DNA of 64,000 nucleotides. It comes from Convolutriloba macropyga (Eukaryota). Shown one piece after another: positions 1 to 11,572 of the stretch. Position 1 is the stretch's first letter. Each line of letters starts with the position of its first letter. The DNA is taken from NCBI RefSeq assembly GCF_964194025.1, contig NC_134476.1, forward strand, positions 27,094,001 to 27,158,000, in the 5' to 3' direction. The position numbers were made by a program, and so were the translations under genes. A model generated the notes under the pieces. That model saw nothing but the letters and a program-made list of their open reading frames with translations. It made no database searches and was not told the DNA's origin.

Positions 1-1556
1 CCTTGTTTTCACAAAACTCTCAAAGTTAGTATTTAAACACTACAGATGAGAGATGTCAGAATAGTATGTGTGAACCTCATCAGCGAACCTCCTTGTCGTT
101 TTTGTTCCAGATACTTGGATAGCTCTCTTTGGTTCCAGATGGTATCTCTGAGTAGGTCTAACTCTTCAGAGCATAATGGCCGGAGCAGTATTTCACAGAA
201 AGCAGAGCTAGCTTTTCAATCCCCAAAAGAAATTAAAGTAAATAAAACACCTAGCTCTACTCGTGGACAGAAAAAAATTCTTAGTTGACGCTAGATTGTC
301 ATTTATGGTAAGGCTGAGTCGCGAGAAGGGTTCCAAATCGCATGGTGGAGGGTGCACGGGGGAAGTTGGGGGAGGGGGGACTGAAGACGGACCAACTTCT
401 AAGACTAAGAACCCCCTCCACACAACGAAACTGCAAGAACTTTCTAAAAAGAGCCAAGCAGGTCAGCAACCACTTAGGATCTTAGAAGATACTCGTAAAA
501 AAAACATTAAAAAAATTATAGTAACACTTAGAAAAAAAACAGATAACCAAACAGTTTTTAAAATGAAAGATTCTAAGATAGATGGAACTACGAACAATAC
601 CAGCCATATCCTAGCACGCAAAATATATCAACCAGTACCTTCAAGCATCGAGTTCCTTCTCTCACTAGAAAGAAAATGAGCTCTTTACACGACTTAATTA
701 GAGCCTGCACGGCAGAGTTCGATTGGTGGAGAAAGTGTGAGGGTCTAAAACCACAAACAATTTTTCATATCATGAATTTAACTCATTTTATTCAATGACA
801 TTATTAGGGTATAGCAGGCCTCAGAGCACTGCTCGGCACCTAAATAACATTGTGTTATTCCAGTTTACACCGTTTCATAAGATGAATACTCAAACAAATG
901 GTCAGACGAAAAATCAGTTAAACAAAAAAATTGAGTGTAAAATTTTTTTAGAACTCCTATAGGTGGTTTCGTTTTTAGTTCAACCTATTATAAGAAGTTG
1001 GTTGCCACCGCACTATTTTTCAGCTCAAAGATTAAAATTTACTTTTGTCATTGCCTGCGCTTAACCAGTTTATCATGTCTTTTTCATTTTGGACAGACTT
1101 TGAACAGTTTCCAAGATTACTAGAACTGTTTTTCAAAAAGAAGATTGTCGGAAAAAATGAAAATGAATGTTGATTGGTGCAAAAACCAAAATATAAAAAA
1201 AATCGTTTTTATCTGAATTAATCTTAACTTAATTAACAACCGATAAAACAACATCCTTTGGTACCAAAAAAATAAAGATGTTCTTAATATAACCGCTATC
1301 TGTATAATTCCTGCTGCTTCTATTAGCTGCTCTCAAATAACCTTCAATTAGAGCGACTCGCTAAGTAAAGAGAAGTCATTTCGAAAGTAAGGAAGTCAAT
1401 TTTGAGCTAATTCACGTGTGACCAAAAAATTTTAAAAAGTCGCTCCACTAAGAGTGAAAAATGACGTCACGCATGCAATTCGGTAAAACTTCCGGAAATA
1501 ATGAACAAAAAGCCGACTTGAAGTGATCGTGACTTCATTTGGTTGTAACAAAAATC

Positions 1557-1719
1557 GGATCTATTCTGTTTTGCCCCCCCCCCAAGCTTAGTGAGCATAC
1601 ATTTTTTATGACCCCCAGGCGCACGTGTTATTTTCTTACATAGTAACGTGCTATATAACAACATATAATTTGTACTGGGAGTCATAAAAACACTGGGGGG
1701 GGGGGAACAGAATAGATCC
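1557..1719. mobile_element. MITE (~163 bp) with TIRs and 8-bp TSD
   Basis: TIR GGATCTATTCTGTT...AACAGAATAGATCC with inner C-run/G-run; perfect flanking direct repeat CAAAAATC (1549-1556, 1720-1727); related copy at 6431-6599. Confidence 0.8.
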
Positions 1720-3544
1720 CAAAAATCTTGAAAAAATAAGAGAAGGCCAATAATAGCCCCAGCCACCGCTTTCCGGAAAAAAAGACAGTTTTCTCAACCG
1801 ATATTCATTGGTCTAAAACATTGCCTGGGAATGATTGTGCTAATAGTAAAAATCGGAAACTCATATAAGATTAAGGTCAATATGACTGACATCGCTTATT
1901 ACGAAGAAATTGACACAAAAAATAGAAAAAGCCTTGTGAAAAACGTGAATTTTGGGAAATCAAGCTTCAAATGTTGAATGTTTACAAGCTCTCAACAGAA
2001 CTGGGAATAGTATTATTGGAGTATTGTCTGGGTGTTTTCTGCATATTTTATTGGACACTTTCACTCAATCGTAAATATATATAAAATTAATACAATTCTT
2101 CAAAAAATCGATCCAAAACCCAGTCACCATAGTCGGCTTCAAACACTTCAATATTATTTGGTTGATTTTACGAACAAAACATATCCCTAGAAGCCTTTTT
2201 TTACCGCAGCAAAAAGTTTTAGCTACTACGCAAGAAGTACGATTACTTGGAGTAAAACTTATACAATGCAGCAAAATTTTACAAAACATGAAAGTTGCTA
2301 CGTATGCTTGTCCAGACATTTAACAATAAACCTGAGATCCAATTGACAGTAAAAGCTGGCTGAAAACAAAACCAAGAACGGTTGAAAAACATTTCATTGA
2401 CAGGATGTAATTTTGCGTTACAAAACTGGTCTGCAAACTAGTCAACTTTAAATAAGCTATCCAAATTAATTAACTAGCAATTGGACAGGGGATTAAAGCC
2501 AACCTCGCTTTACAACTCAGTGTGGTTAAGTGCACTACAAAGCCTCATTAAAAACGTTTAAGAAAGCCTCATACCTCTTAAACAATATGAAGCTTTCAAC
2601 CAATTTATTGACGTCTAAAGTATCTTCAAAATAAGCTACAAAATCATAACAAAGCTTCACAGTTTCTCTTCATAGCTGAAAACATTTTTAATCGCTGATT
2701 CGAGAGGTCACAACTGAGCGTTAAAGCTTTTAATACTAAAAAATAATGAATGGTTCGAATCGAACTGACAGACTAGCGGGCGGGAGCTATGCTACTGTGT
2801 ACAGACCCGAGTACTACCAAGGGTTGTTCAGACATCATGACGACGTCATACAAAAGGTTCGTTTCTCAAAACATCCAACCCATTTACAGTCTCACATAAT
2901 CGAGCCAATATGAGCTGAGAAAATTAATGCCTTAATTTGATAATTAGGTATCTGCATATTGTAAGCTGAAAATTGCGGTCAGACCAGTTCAAAGGTTAAA
3001 AATTGGGTTGCAATTCGGACAAAATCAAATCCCAAAATTGCGAACAATACCGACTAATTGCTCTTAACCGACCGGCAAGTGTGACTTCGGTAGTAGCCAA
3101 CTGAGGCTTAGGGATGCCAGCTTTGGGGGAGTGGGATTGAACGAAGTGGGAATCACAGGGGGATCAAGAGTGCAGGATTAGAGATGGAATGAGACCGGGG
3201 GGGGGGGGGGGGGGGGGGCTGGATACGGGGAAATGTCAAACTCTTCAGATTAAGAACTGCCCTTCACACCATGAATTTGTCTCCTCAACAGTTACAGTGA
3301 AACGAAGACTTCGAGTCCAGGGCATAAGGCTCTAAGAGAGCTTCTCAGTCACTTACTCGCCCACCTGTTTTTGAGGACGAAAATTTAAAGCGTCAGACGA
3401 AAAATTGGTCAAGTGAAAATCCGCATAGAAACCACAGAACTAATATAATTGCTACAAACTTTGCTTGAGCGCCACTAAAAAGATGCTTCCTTCCATAGTG
3501 AACAATTTGACGGTTCATTCAGCTGAAAACTTTTACATGTTTAG

Positions 3545-3659
3545 GCAACCACAGCCTTAGAGAAGCAGGAAGAACATGCGAATGTTATAAAACGCGCGGT
3601 GCACAGCCAAGAAGTGTTCAATTACCAACTGAGGGATGCCACAGCGGGACTTTTCGAAA
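3545..3659 (+). CDS. Internal exon of a host coiled-coil protein gene
   Basis: tttag| acceptor and |gtaagt donor; open frame ATTALEKQEEHANVIKRAVHSQEVFNYQLRDATAGLFE; phase 1 matches the exon at 4780. Confidence 0.6.
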
Positions 3660-4079
3660 GTAAGTTCTGCTAAATTTTGGATTCAAAATTGCTTAAGAAT
3701 AATGGCTAGCCTATCTTTTTTTGACAAAAAATCTATTCACACGTTATAGTTACTGTTGGAACCTTGCCAGAAATTATAGACGGATCTTTATTCACGAACT
3801 GCTCTCAAGCGACCGGGAATTGAAGGGCTAAAAATTGTTAGAATTAGTTAAACATAGCCTACTAACACCGGAATACTCTCAAAGGACTGGCGTGAGGCTG
3901 GCTTTGGTTGGAGTTAGCTTAAGTATGGGAGGCCGGGGGGGGGGGGGTTGTGGAGTAGCTTAAATGGGTAACAGCTTAAATGGGTAACAGTCCATATATT
4001 AGGGTGTCTAAACCAACAAACTTAGATATAAAACATTTCTCAGTTCAATTTTGATCAATTTTAGCTCCAGAAAAGATAC

Positions 4080-4660
4080 AACAGACATAAACATAGCCGG
4101 CAGATTGCCGGAAAATAGCCACGATAGACGCTCGTGGCCTTCCAGGAATTGAAACACCTAAAGAAATAAGATAGACAGATCGACCACCAGTCCTTCAATA
4201 GACCACTAGACTTTTCGGGTTAGCTTCGGACTGTCAATTTTTGACACATACGTTCTATAAGGAAAACGCCCTTAAAGAGCTATTTCAAAATTGATATTCG
4301 AAATCAAAAACTCAAGACTAATAGTCACAAATTAGGGCATATAAGATTGGCACTACTTAGATGCACACTATTAACTAGTAAATCTTCATAAAAAATTAAA
4401 GTTCCATAAGTGAGTTCAGAAGTCAATTTTTTGAGTGAGGTAAGTCACGCAATTGACCTAAAAGCAGAAACAACGTCACGTACACAAATTTTAACTGCAA
4501 AGCAATAGAAGTCACTGAAGTAAATTCCAAGAAGTCAATTCCAAGAAGTCAATTCCAAGAAGTCAGGTCGTAAGAATCATCGATGGAGACGACGAATTAA
4601 TAAAAAAACCACGATGTCCCCAATAATAGCCGCTATCGCTTCGCGGCTATTAATAAGAAA
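4080..4660 (+). mobile_element. Dispersed repeat, possibly a non-autonomous Helitron/Helentron-like element (intronic)
   Basis: Inverted homology to ~37571-37620 and ~38310-38750; ends in stem-loop TAGCCGC...GCGGCTA followed by TAATAA. Confidence 0.4.
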
Positions 4661-4779
4661 AGACATAATAATCAAAAGGGTCAGGGTCTAGGCAATTTCA
4701 AAACACGACCTTTCAAAGCAAGACAACAATTTTGAACACTTCTGTCTAGCATATTACCATATTAATCTCTCTATTTCAG

Positions 4780-5456
4780 CTTACGAAGCTCTGAAAAAGA
4801 AAAATGCCGATTACAAGAAATACATTTCACTTCTCGAACGACACCAGAAGCTTCTCACAGAGCGTTTGAAAGAAGCTAATGAAAGAAAAGTTGATAGAGA
4901 GCATAGAACTACTAACGAACTTCTTGAAGCATCTCAAAAACGGGACGAGGTTGTGGAATCATTGCGGGACTTCAGAGAGCGATTTATGTCACTCGAGACA
5001 AAAATGAGCGAGCATGTAGACCTAAGAGGCGAACTGGAAAAAGACATTGCTCAAAAAAGTGACCAGGCTGAGAAACTTCTTGAGAAAGACAAATCAATCG
5101 CAGACCATAATACACAACTGAGAAAAGTTCTGAAGCTCGAACAAGAAGCGGTTCAGATGGCTGAAATGGCGGAACATCGGCGACTTGATCAGTTATCCCT
5201 TTTAGATCCAATTTACGCAGATTACCTGAAAAAAAGATGGGCTATAGATAGCGGTAGGACACTCTATGGTTGGGAACTATCGCGATTCGATCAGGTTCTC
5301 CCACCATTGGTCGACCCATCACTCAGTCAAAATGAAACTCGGCGGCATAAAATGGACAGAATAAAAGTTATGGACAGAATTAATTCCACAGACGCGAGTC
5401 CAACAACTGGAAAAGAAAGTCGGAAATCTTCCAGAAACGGCCTTCCCACGCAATAA
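4780..5456 (+). CDS. Terminal exon of a host coiled-coil protein gene (unknown function)
   Basis: ctatttcag| acceptor; frame is open from 4780 into the 4866-5456 ORF; E/K/L-rich heptad-like composition. Confidence 0.65.
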
Positions 5457-6430
5457 CTTTAAAGACAATGTTTCTTTATCATTTTCAAAAAGGAAGAATA
5501 TCAGGAATTTTAGCTGCTTGCAAAATTTTCTAAATTTGTTAATTGAAAAATTAAATCAAATCTGCAGTCAACTAAGGCTTGGAGGCCATGTTCACGTTTG
5601 CAATGTTAAGCAGGCACGCCCCATTCTATGATTATTTTGATTACAATTCAACTCAGGACGTGATTTGAAAAAATTGCGACCTTCGCTGTCGATTACAATT
5701 GCTAAGTTTTTCCAGTTTTTAGCAACTCTTATATTCAGTACTTAGAGTAATCACTTCTTGACACTTTTAATGCCACATCGGAACCAAGATATTTTGAAAA
5801 ATGTTCATTTTTCTCCAGAAACGTACTCAAAAACCTTTTTGATTTTTAGATCTCAATTGAGCTTTAAAAGGCTGTCAGGCCATGTAAATTTTTCATTTCA
5901 ATTCAAATTTGGATGTTCGTTGTTATAGAAAAAGCAAGAAAAATTGACGCCGTCTTCGATTACGTTATGAACACATTTAGATATGTCTTAGTTGCTCCCT
6001 TTGTCTTCAAAAGGGGATTTTTGTAGTTTTTCTGAATTTTTTTCAAATATTTAGTAATTATAAATTTCTTGATGCGTAAAATTCTGGAAACTATAAAAAC
6101 GAAAAATTGGATATAAAAAGACATACAGCATGCGTTCAATTTAATTCTAGCAAAATTCTTTAGGTCATTAGGTTGGGATGTGATTGTAGCCAGGTAAGAT
6201 ATCCTCAGAGCTTTTTAAATCACTACTTAGTTGGCGGAGTAAATTCGGAATGAGAGCAATTTAGATCTCACAAAAATTGAAACAAAACGAAATACGTTCG
6301 AAAGTCGATAAAACATCGATTTTGACGAAAATTACAAAAACTGCGCCAAACTTTGTTCAAGAGCATATTTTTTTTTACTTTTAGCTCCTATTTAGCTTGG
6401 ACATTTGTTTTCTAGTTGGTTACAATATAA

Positions 6431-6599
6431 GGATCTCTTCAGTTTGTGCCCCCCCCCCAGCTTAGTGACGGCATATTTGTACCCCCCCCCCTCCCGACGC
6501 AGGTGCCATTTTTCTACACGATGATTTAATATGTAATGACATGTGCTCTATAACTCGGGGGCGCAAAACGTATTCAGGGGGCACAAACGGAATAAATCA
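6431..6599. mobile_element. Older copy of the 1557-1719 MITE family
   Basis: GGATCTCTTCAGTTTGTGCCCC...GGGGGCACAAACGGAATAAATCA; shared internal AGCTTAGTGA; degenerate 8-bp TSD CAATATAA/CTATGTAA. Confidence 0.65.
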
Positions 6600-7530
6600 C
6601 TATGTAACTTAAAATTGAACCAGAATTGAGTTTCTCAAAAATCAATAATTCGGGAATTAAATTATTCAAAACCAAAAAATTTTTTTTGCAACCTTCTGAT
6701 TGACTTATTTGCAACCTTCTAATTGATTTCAACAGTTTAGTTTGGCTGAAACGGTTTACAATTGACCCCATAAAACTCTTTGATATCAAAACAACAGAAA
6801 AAACTGTTATCTGAGAAAGACCAACCAATAAAAAATAACAAGACATCTGCTTAATAGTAGTAGTAGTAGTAAAAGACTCAATTCACCTTTCGGGAAGTAC
6901 AAAGGATATAAAAAGACTGCAGTCAGACACATTGACTAATATTTTCCTTCGTTCCCTAGAATTTTCGCCAAATTTGAACATCATGACCGCTATTTGACTA
7001 AAAAAAACCTTCAATAGATTTAAACAATAGACAATTAATCGGCACTAAGACATTATAAAAGCCTGCAACAATTTGCAGGCGTAAATTTTCTGGCCTTTTA
7101 AATTCTCTTGGCTGAGCTGAAACCTTAAGCTGTATCTTTAAAAAATACATTAGGGTTTATACTTTCCGAATTTAAATTTGGCAGAACCAATATAAAGCGG
7201 ATAAGTATTAAATTCTTTCAAAAGAAAAAATTAAGGTTTGTAATTCAACATTGAGACACTTTTTGCAAAAAAATTTTCAATCAATCAAAAAGAAAATAAT
7301 TTCTAAACTTTATTTATCCTCCTATTTTTAGGTTAATACTGAATACTAAATTCTTTGAAGTACTCAGTGTTCAAATGGTGGTACAAATTTTATTAAAAAT
7401 AGGATAATATAATACTTTCTGTTACGAAAAGGGGATAACATTCCTGAACTCAAAAACAACTGCAATAGAAAACAATCGGCCCAGCGTATATTTATAGAAA
7501 AAAATTGACGGAGAAAATTTTAAAAATTCA

Positions 7531-7664
7531 TGTTGTGATAGTCGTTATAAATAATCTACCATTCCTTGTTGTTATTCCTGCATTTGTTTATGTGTTTGAT
7601 ATCGTGTATCTTTCAGAACCAACGTTGAGTTAAAGCTTTACGACAAAGCCTGTTTTCCAATACA
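7531..7664 (+). repeat. 5' LTR (134 bp)
   Basis: TGTTGTGATA...TTCCAATACA; 3 mismatches versus the 3' LTR. Confidence 0.97.
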
Positions 7665-7665
7665 A

Positions 7666-7680
7666 TTTAACTCAACGTTG
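7666..7680 (+). promoter_or_regulatory. Primer-binding site complementary to the element's own LTR (putative self-priming)
   Basis: TTTAACTCAACGTTG is the exact reverse complement of LTR 7620-7634 CAACGTTGAGTTAAA; no TGG tRNA-type PBS after the LTR. Confidence 0.8.
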
Positions 7681-7688
7681 TGAATGCC

Positions 7689-8930
7689 ATGAAGTTCAAG
7701 CCGCCACAACTTCCTTCAAGTCCGACTCCAGAACAATGGCGCAGGTGGAAAGACTGTTTCTCCAAGGGATTGGATATCAACGACATCACAGAAGACGAAC
7801 ACAAACTGACCTTTTTGATTTCGCATGTGGGTTCGGATTTTTTTGCCATTTTGGAACACGCTCCTTCATACAACGAGGCCATTTCCATACTGGACAAGCA
7901 CTTCAAGAAACCCACTAGGATCATATATGCCCGTCATCAGCTCCTCTCATGCCGTCAGAAATCGGATGAGTCTATTTCGGATTTTATCAATAGATTGAAA
8001 ATTCTACTGCAAAAGTGCGAATGCAAAGCCGTCAATATTCAGGAACATCAACAGCTCCTGTTTCGGGACGCCCTCGTTGCGGGCGTGAAATCGGATATCA
8101 ATCGCATGCGACTTCTGGAGCAAACGGACGAAGATGCAACTCTGGAGAATTGCATTTCACTTGCAAGCGCTATTGAACTGTCATCAGACTACAACCAAAG
8201 TTTTCGTGGAACTGAAGGACTGGACTCGTCTGTGCCATCTTCGGAGGCGGCATCAGAGTTGTGCGCCACAGGTCGACCGCCAACTAGTACTGTCAATGAA
8301 GGAGGACAAGTTCGAAATAAATGCCAGTTTTGTGGACTTCGTGGCCATCCGCGACGAAACTGCCCAGCTCGGAACGACAGTTGTCATAAATGCCAAAAGA
8401 AAGGACATTGGGCGACTGCTTGTCGGAGCCAACTGGCAGTAACACAACAAGCTCAGCCAGAAGAGTCATCCATTTCGGCACTGTCGTCGGTACTTCTCGC
8501 GGCCGGAGGAAGCTCCGATGCCTTCTACGCTTTGGTGAAGGTTGGGAAGAAGGAATTTCTCGGACTTGTTGACTCTGGAGCATCGGAGTCATTCATTTCC
8601 TACGAAACTGCACGTCAGTGTGACGGTAAAATAACTATGACAGCATCCGCTACTCAACTTGCAGACAAGACCAAATTACCAATACTTGGCCATATTGATC
8701 TGACGATGCAAGTGAACGCGGAAACCTACTCCATTCGTCTTAAAATTGCCAAGAGTCTTCTTGCAGATATCATAATCGGCATGGATCTTCTCGGGCAACA
8801 CTCAGTTGTACAGCTGGAAGCAAAGGGGGATCGTGGCCCCGTCTCATTCTCGAAAGCAGCTCAGGGCACACACGCTGCAGCTATTTTCCAGCATTGGACA
8901 TTGAACCACCGATTCTCTTCTCAACCATAA
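7689..8930 (+). CDS. gag: Gag + aspartic protease (5' part of gag-pol)
   Basis: Zinc knuckles CQFCGLRGHPRRNC and CHKCQKKGHWATAC; protease LVDSGAS and IIIGMDLL; apparent 1-nt deletion near 8885 shifts the frame from RT. Confidence 0.92.
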   Translation: MKFKPPQLPSSPTPEQWRRWKDCFSKGLDINDITEDEHKLTFLISHVGSDFFAILEHAPSYNEAISILDKHFKKPTRIIYARHQLLSCRQKSDESISDFINRLKILLQKCECKAVNIQEHQQLLFRDALVAGVKSDINRMRLLEQTDEDATLENCISLASAIELSSDYNQSFRGTEGLDSSVPSSEAASELCATGRPPTSTVNEGGQVRNKCQFCGLRGHPRRNCPARNDSCHKCQKKGHWATACRSQLAVTQQAQPEESSISALSSVLLAAGGSSDAFYALVKVGKKEFLGLVDSGASESFISYETARQCDGKITMTASATQLADKTKLPILGHIDLTMQVNAETYSIRLKIAKSLLADIIIGMDLLGQHSVVQLEAKGDRGPVSFSKAAQGTHAAAIFQHWTLNHRFSSQP

Positions 8931-9819
8931 CCAAGCAAAGGGCCAAACCAATCACAACTAAATCTCGCTATGCGAGTAAAGAGAACCAAGAATATCTTAC
9001 TCAAGAGATGGATCGCCTACTAGAAGCTGGCATCATAGAGCCTTCGTCGTCGCCATGGCGGGCCCAAGCAGTTGTGCCCAAGCTGAGGCCTCAACTAATG
9101 GCCCAAGCCTAATTGTTGTGATAAACTTATTAAATAGAACCAACGTTGAGTTAAATTGTAGTGGAAAACAGGCTTTGTCTTAAAGCTTTAACTCAGCTAA
9201 TTGAGGCCCAAGCACGCTCAACTGTAGACAGCAGCATCATCCCTGAGACTTTCGACGAAGACGAGATCATTTGGAAGTACGGGCCTAATTGTCTCCAATC
9301 CCGGAAGTGGAGACAATACTCGACGGAGCTGCACAGGACAAATATTTCTCTCGCGTGGACCTGAAATCTGCCTATCATCAAGTACCTATTCAGGAATCAG
9401 ATCGTTCATTCACAGCCTTCGAAGCAAATGGAGCGTTGTATCAGTTCACTCGACTTGCTTTTGGGCTAACTAACGCAGTTCCTGTTTTTCAACGAGTGAT
9501 CGATTCTATCATTCGCAAGGAGAAGCTAGAAAAGACACGAGCCTATCTGGATGATGTTATTATTTCGGGGGCAACTCAAGAGGAGCATGACCGTAATCTG
9601 GAGAGGTTTATATCAACAGTGAAGAAATACGGAATCACTCTCAACAAAGACAAGTGTCTGTTCAACGTACAACGAATTTCGTTGCTTGGCCATATTCTGG
9701 AAAAGGGTACAAAGCGGCCTGACCCTGAGAGACTCAAGACACTTATGGACTATCCGTTACCGGCCACTAAACAGGAACTCCACAGGCTCATTGGATTCTT
9801 TGCCTACAACGCGAAGTAG
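8894..9819 (+). pseudogene. pol: Reverse transcriptase, disrupted by a deletion/insertion (~9077-9293) and a TAG at 9817
   Basis: GIIEPSSSPWRAQ, VDLKSAYHQ, FTAF, FGLTNA, YLDD motifs; the usual R-x-x-x-D-Y segment is missing and replaced by patchwork DNA; NAK* where W is expected. Confidence 0.92.
9077..9293. other. Templated patchwork insertion in RT built from pieces of the same element
   Basis: 9114-9123 = LTR start; 9136-9155 = LTR 7615-7634; 9156-9195 = reverse complement of the LTR end; 9214-9281 = 11481-11548; joined by reiterated GCCCAAGC/CTAAT fragments. Confidence 0.9.
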
Positions 9820-11562
9820 ATTGCGCATTACTCGGACAAAGTCCAACCGCTCCTGGACGCTTTCAATGCAGGCCTTCTGCCTCTTCCAGAGTCTGCGGTC
9901 AAGGCTATAGGGAAACTGAAAGATGCTATAGCGAGGTCGATTTTGGCTGTTCCTAAATCTGGTTCGCCGCTCATTATGACGACAGACGCTTCAGGAACGG
10001 CGATAAGAGGAACGCTCACGCAAGACTCGCAGCCCATTGCTTTCTTTTCGCGCTCTCTCAGTTCTGGGGAACGTAAACAGTCAGCAGCGGAACGTGAAGC
10101 ATTGGCCATTGTAGAGTGTAGCCGTAAGTGGATGCCATACATGAGAGCTTACCATACCTCGATTCAAACGGACCAAGAGGATGTTGCTTTTATCTTCTCT
10201 CGCAATAAGTCCAAGGTTAAGAATGACAAGCTGATGCGGTGGCGATTAGAACTCTCCACACTGTCATATGGAATCGAGTTTAAGAAGGGGTCAGAGAACA
10301 TCGCAGCGGATGCAATCTCACGCATTGCGTCAATTGATAATTCCGGCACAGTGGACAACCTTCACAGACGCTTGTGCCATCCTGGAATTACAAGAATGTG
10401 GGAGTACGTCAGTCGACACAAATTACCATTTACTTTGAACGAAGTACGACAGTCTTGCTCTGAGTGTCCCACCTGCCTCGAATGGAAGCCTAAGTTCTAC
10501 CGTTCCGAGAAAGCTCATATTATAAAGGCTACTCGGCCGTTCGAACGTATTAGCATTGATTTGGTAGGACCAAAATCAATGTCCCCAGCTGGAAATCGCT
10601 ACCTTCTCACTGTAATTGATGAGTACAGTCGTTTTCCGTTCGCAATACCTTTAAAGGATATTTGTGCACAGTCAGTCATAAGGTCTCTCAAGTCAATCTT
10701 CTCACTTTGTGGAACACCGGGCTTCATTCACTCAGATAGGGGGACACAGTTTATGTCAGCCGACTTCGATAAATTCTGCGCCGATACGGGTATCGCACAC
10801 TCCCGAACCACACCGTATAACCCCAAAGGCAACGGCCAATGTGAGCGCCTTAATGGAACGGTTTGGAAGGGCGTCGTCTGTACACTCCATTCTCGCGGTC
10901 TGCAACCCGATCGGTGGGAAGATATACTGCCTGATGTGCTGGCGTCAATCCGAGCACTCATTTGTACATCTACACAAGAAACAGCTCACGAGCGGTTTTT
11001 TGGTTTCAAACGCAGGGCGCCTGCCAAATGGAATCTCCCTTCATGGCTGGCACCGGGTCACCCCGTGTATGTCAAGAGTTTTGTTCGCAACAAAGGCGAC
11101 CCTATAGTCCAGCCTGCAGAAGTTGTGGAGCCAATAAACAATCAATTTACGAGAATTAGGCGGCGTAATGGAGCAGTCGACACAGTTTCATCGTCCATGT
11201 TATCTCGCGGCAGCGTGGTGCCAAACCCTCGACGAAGATCCTCCCTGCCTCATCCCGTGAATGTCCTGGAAAAGCCACAGGAGGGAAGCGATGTAATAGC
11301 GGATACGTCGATTATGGACAACAATGCGCAAACGCTAGAAACGCTGGCTCCAGGATCGCAGCAAGATGTTTGCATGCCACGTACTGGTGAGGAGTCACCG
11401 CCCGTCATTTCCCAGCCAAGGAAGCCGGCAGGCCAGAGCACTCGTCGCAGTGGAAGAATAAGGCGTCTGCCAGAACGCCTACGCTCAACTGTAGACAGCA
11501 GCATCATCCCTGAGACTTTCGACGAAGACGAGATCATTTGGAAGTACGAGGAGCAACATTAG
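9820..11562 (+). CDS. pol: RT connection, RNase H and integrase (3' part of pol, in frame with RT across the TAG)
   Basis: RNase H TTDASG...EREALA...TDQ; integrase HHCC (HRRLCH...CSECPTC) and D-D-E (SIDLVG, HSDRG, CERLNG). Confidence 0.93.
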   Translation: MAHYSDKVQPLLDAFNAGLLPLPESAVKAIGKLKDAIARSILAVPKSGSPLIMTTDASGTAIRGTLTQDSQPIAFFSRSLSSGERKQSAAEREALAIVECSRKWMPYMRAYHTSIQTDQEDVAFIFSRNKSKVKNDKLMRWRLELSTLSYGIEFKKGSENIAADAISRIASIDNSGTVDNLHRRLCHPGITRMWEYVSRHKLPFTLNEVRQSCSECPTCLEWKPKFYRSEKAHIIKATRPFERISIDLVGPKSMSPAGNRYLLTVIDEYSRFPFAIPLKDICAQSVIRSLKSIFSLCGTPGFIHSDRGTQFMSADFDKFCADTGIAHSRTTPYNPKGNGQCERLNGTVWKGVVCTLHSRGLQPDRWEDILPDVLASIRALICTSTQETAHERFFGFKRRAPAKWNLPSWLAPGHPVYVKSFVRNKGDPIVQPAEVVEPINNQFTRIRRRNGAVDTVSSSMLSRGSVVPNPRRRSSLPHPVNVLEKPQEGSDVIADTSIMDNNAQTLETLAPGSQQDVCMPRTGEESPPVISQPRKPAGQSTRRSGRIRRLPERLRSTVDSSIIPETFDEDEIIWKYEEQH

Positions 11563-11572
11563 CGGGGGAGAA
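11561..11572 (+). promoter_or_regulatory. Polypurine tract
   Basis: AGCGGGGGAGAA immediately before the 3' LTR. Confidence 0.9.

Noticed and set aside
46-679. Short ORFs at the window start
   Set aside because: No recognisable motifs or convincing splice structure
8875-8935. Programmed -1 frameshift between protease and RT
   Set aside because: No clear slippery heptamer; the position after the protease is atypical; a single T loss restores IFPALDIEPP
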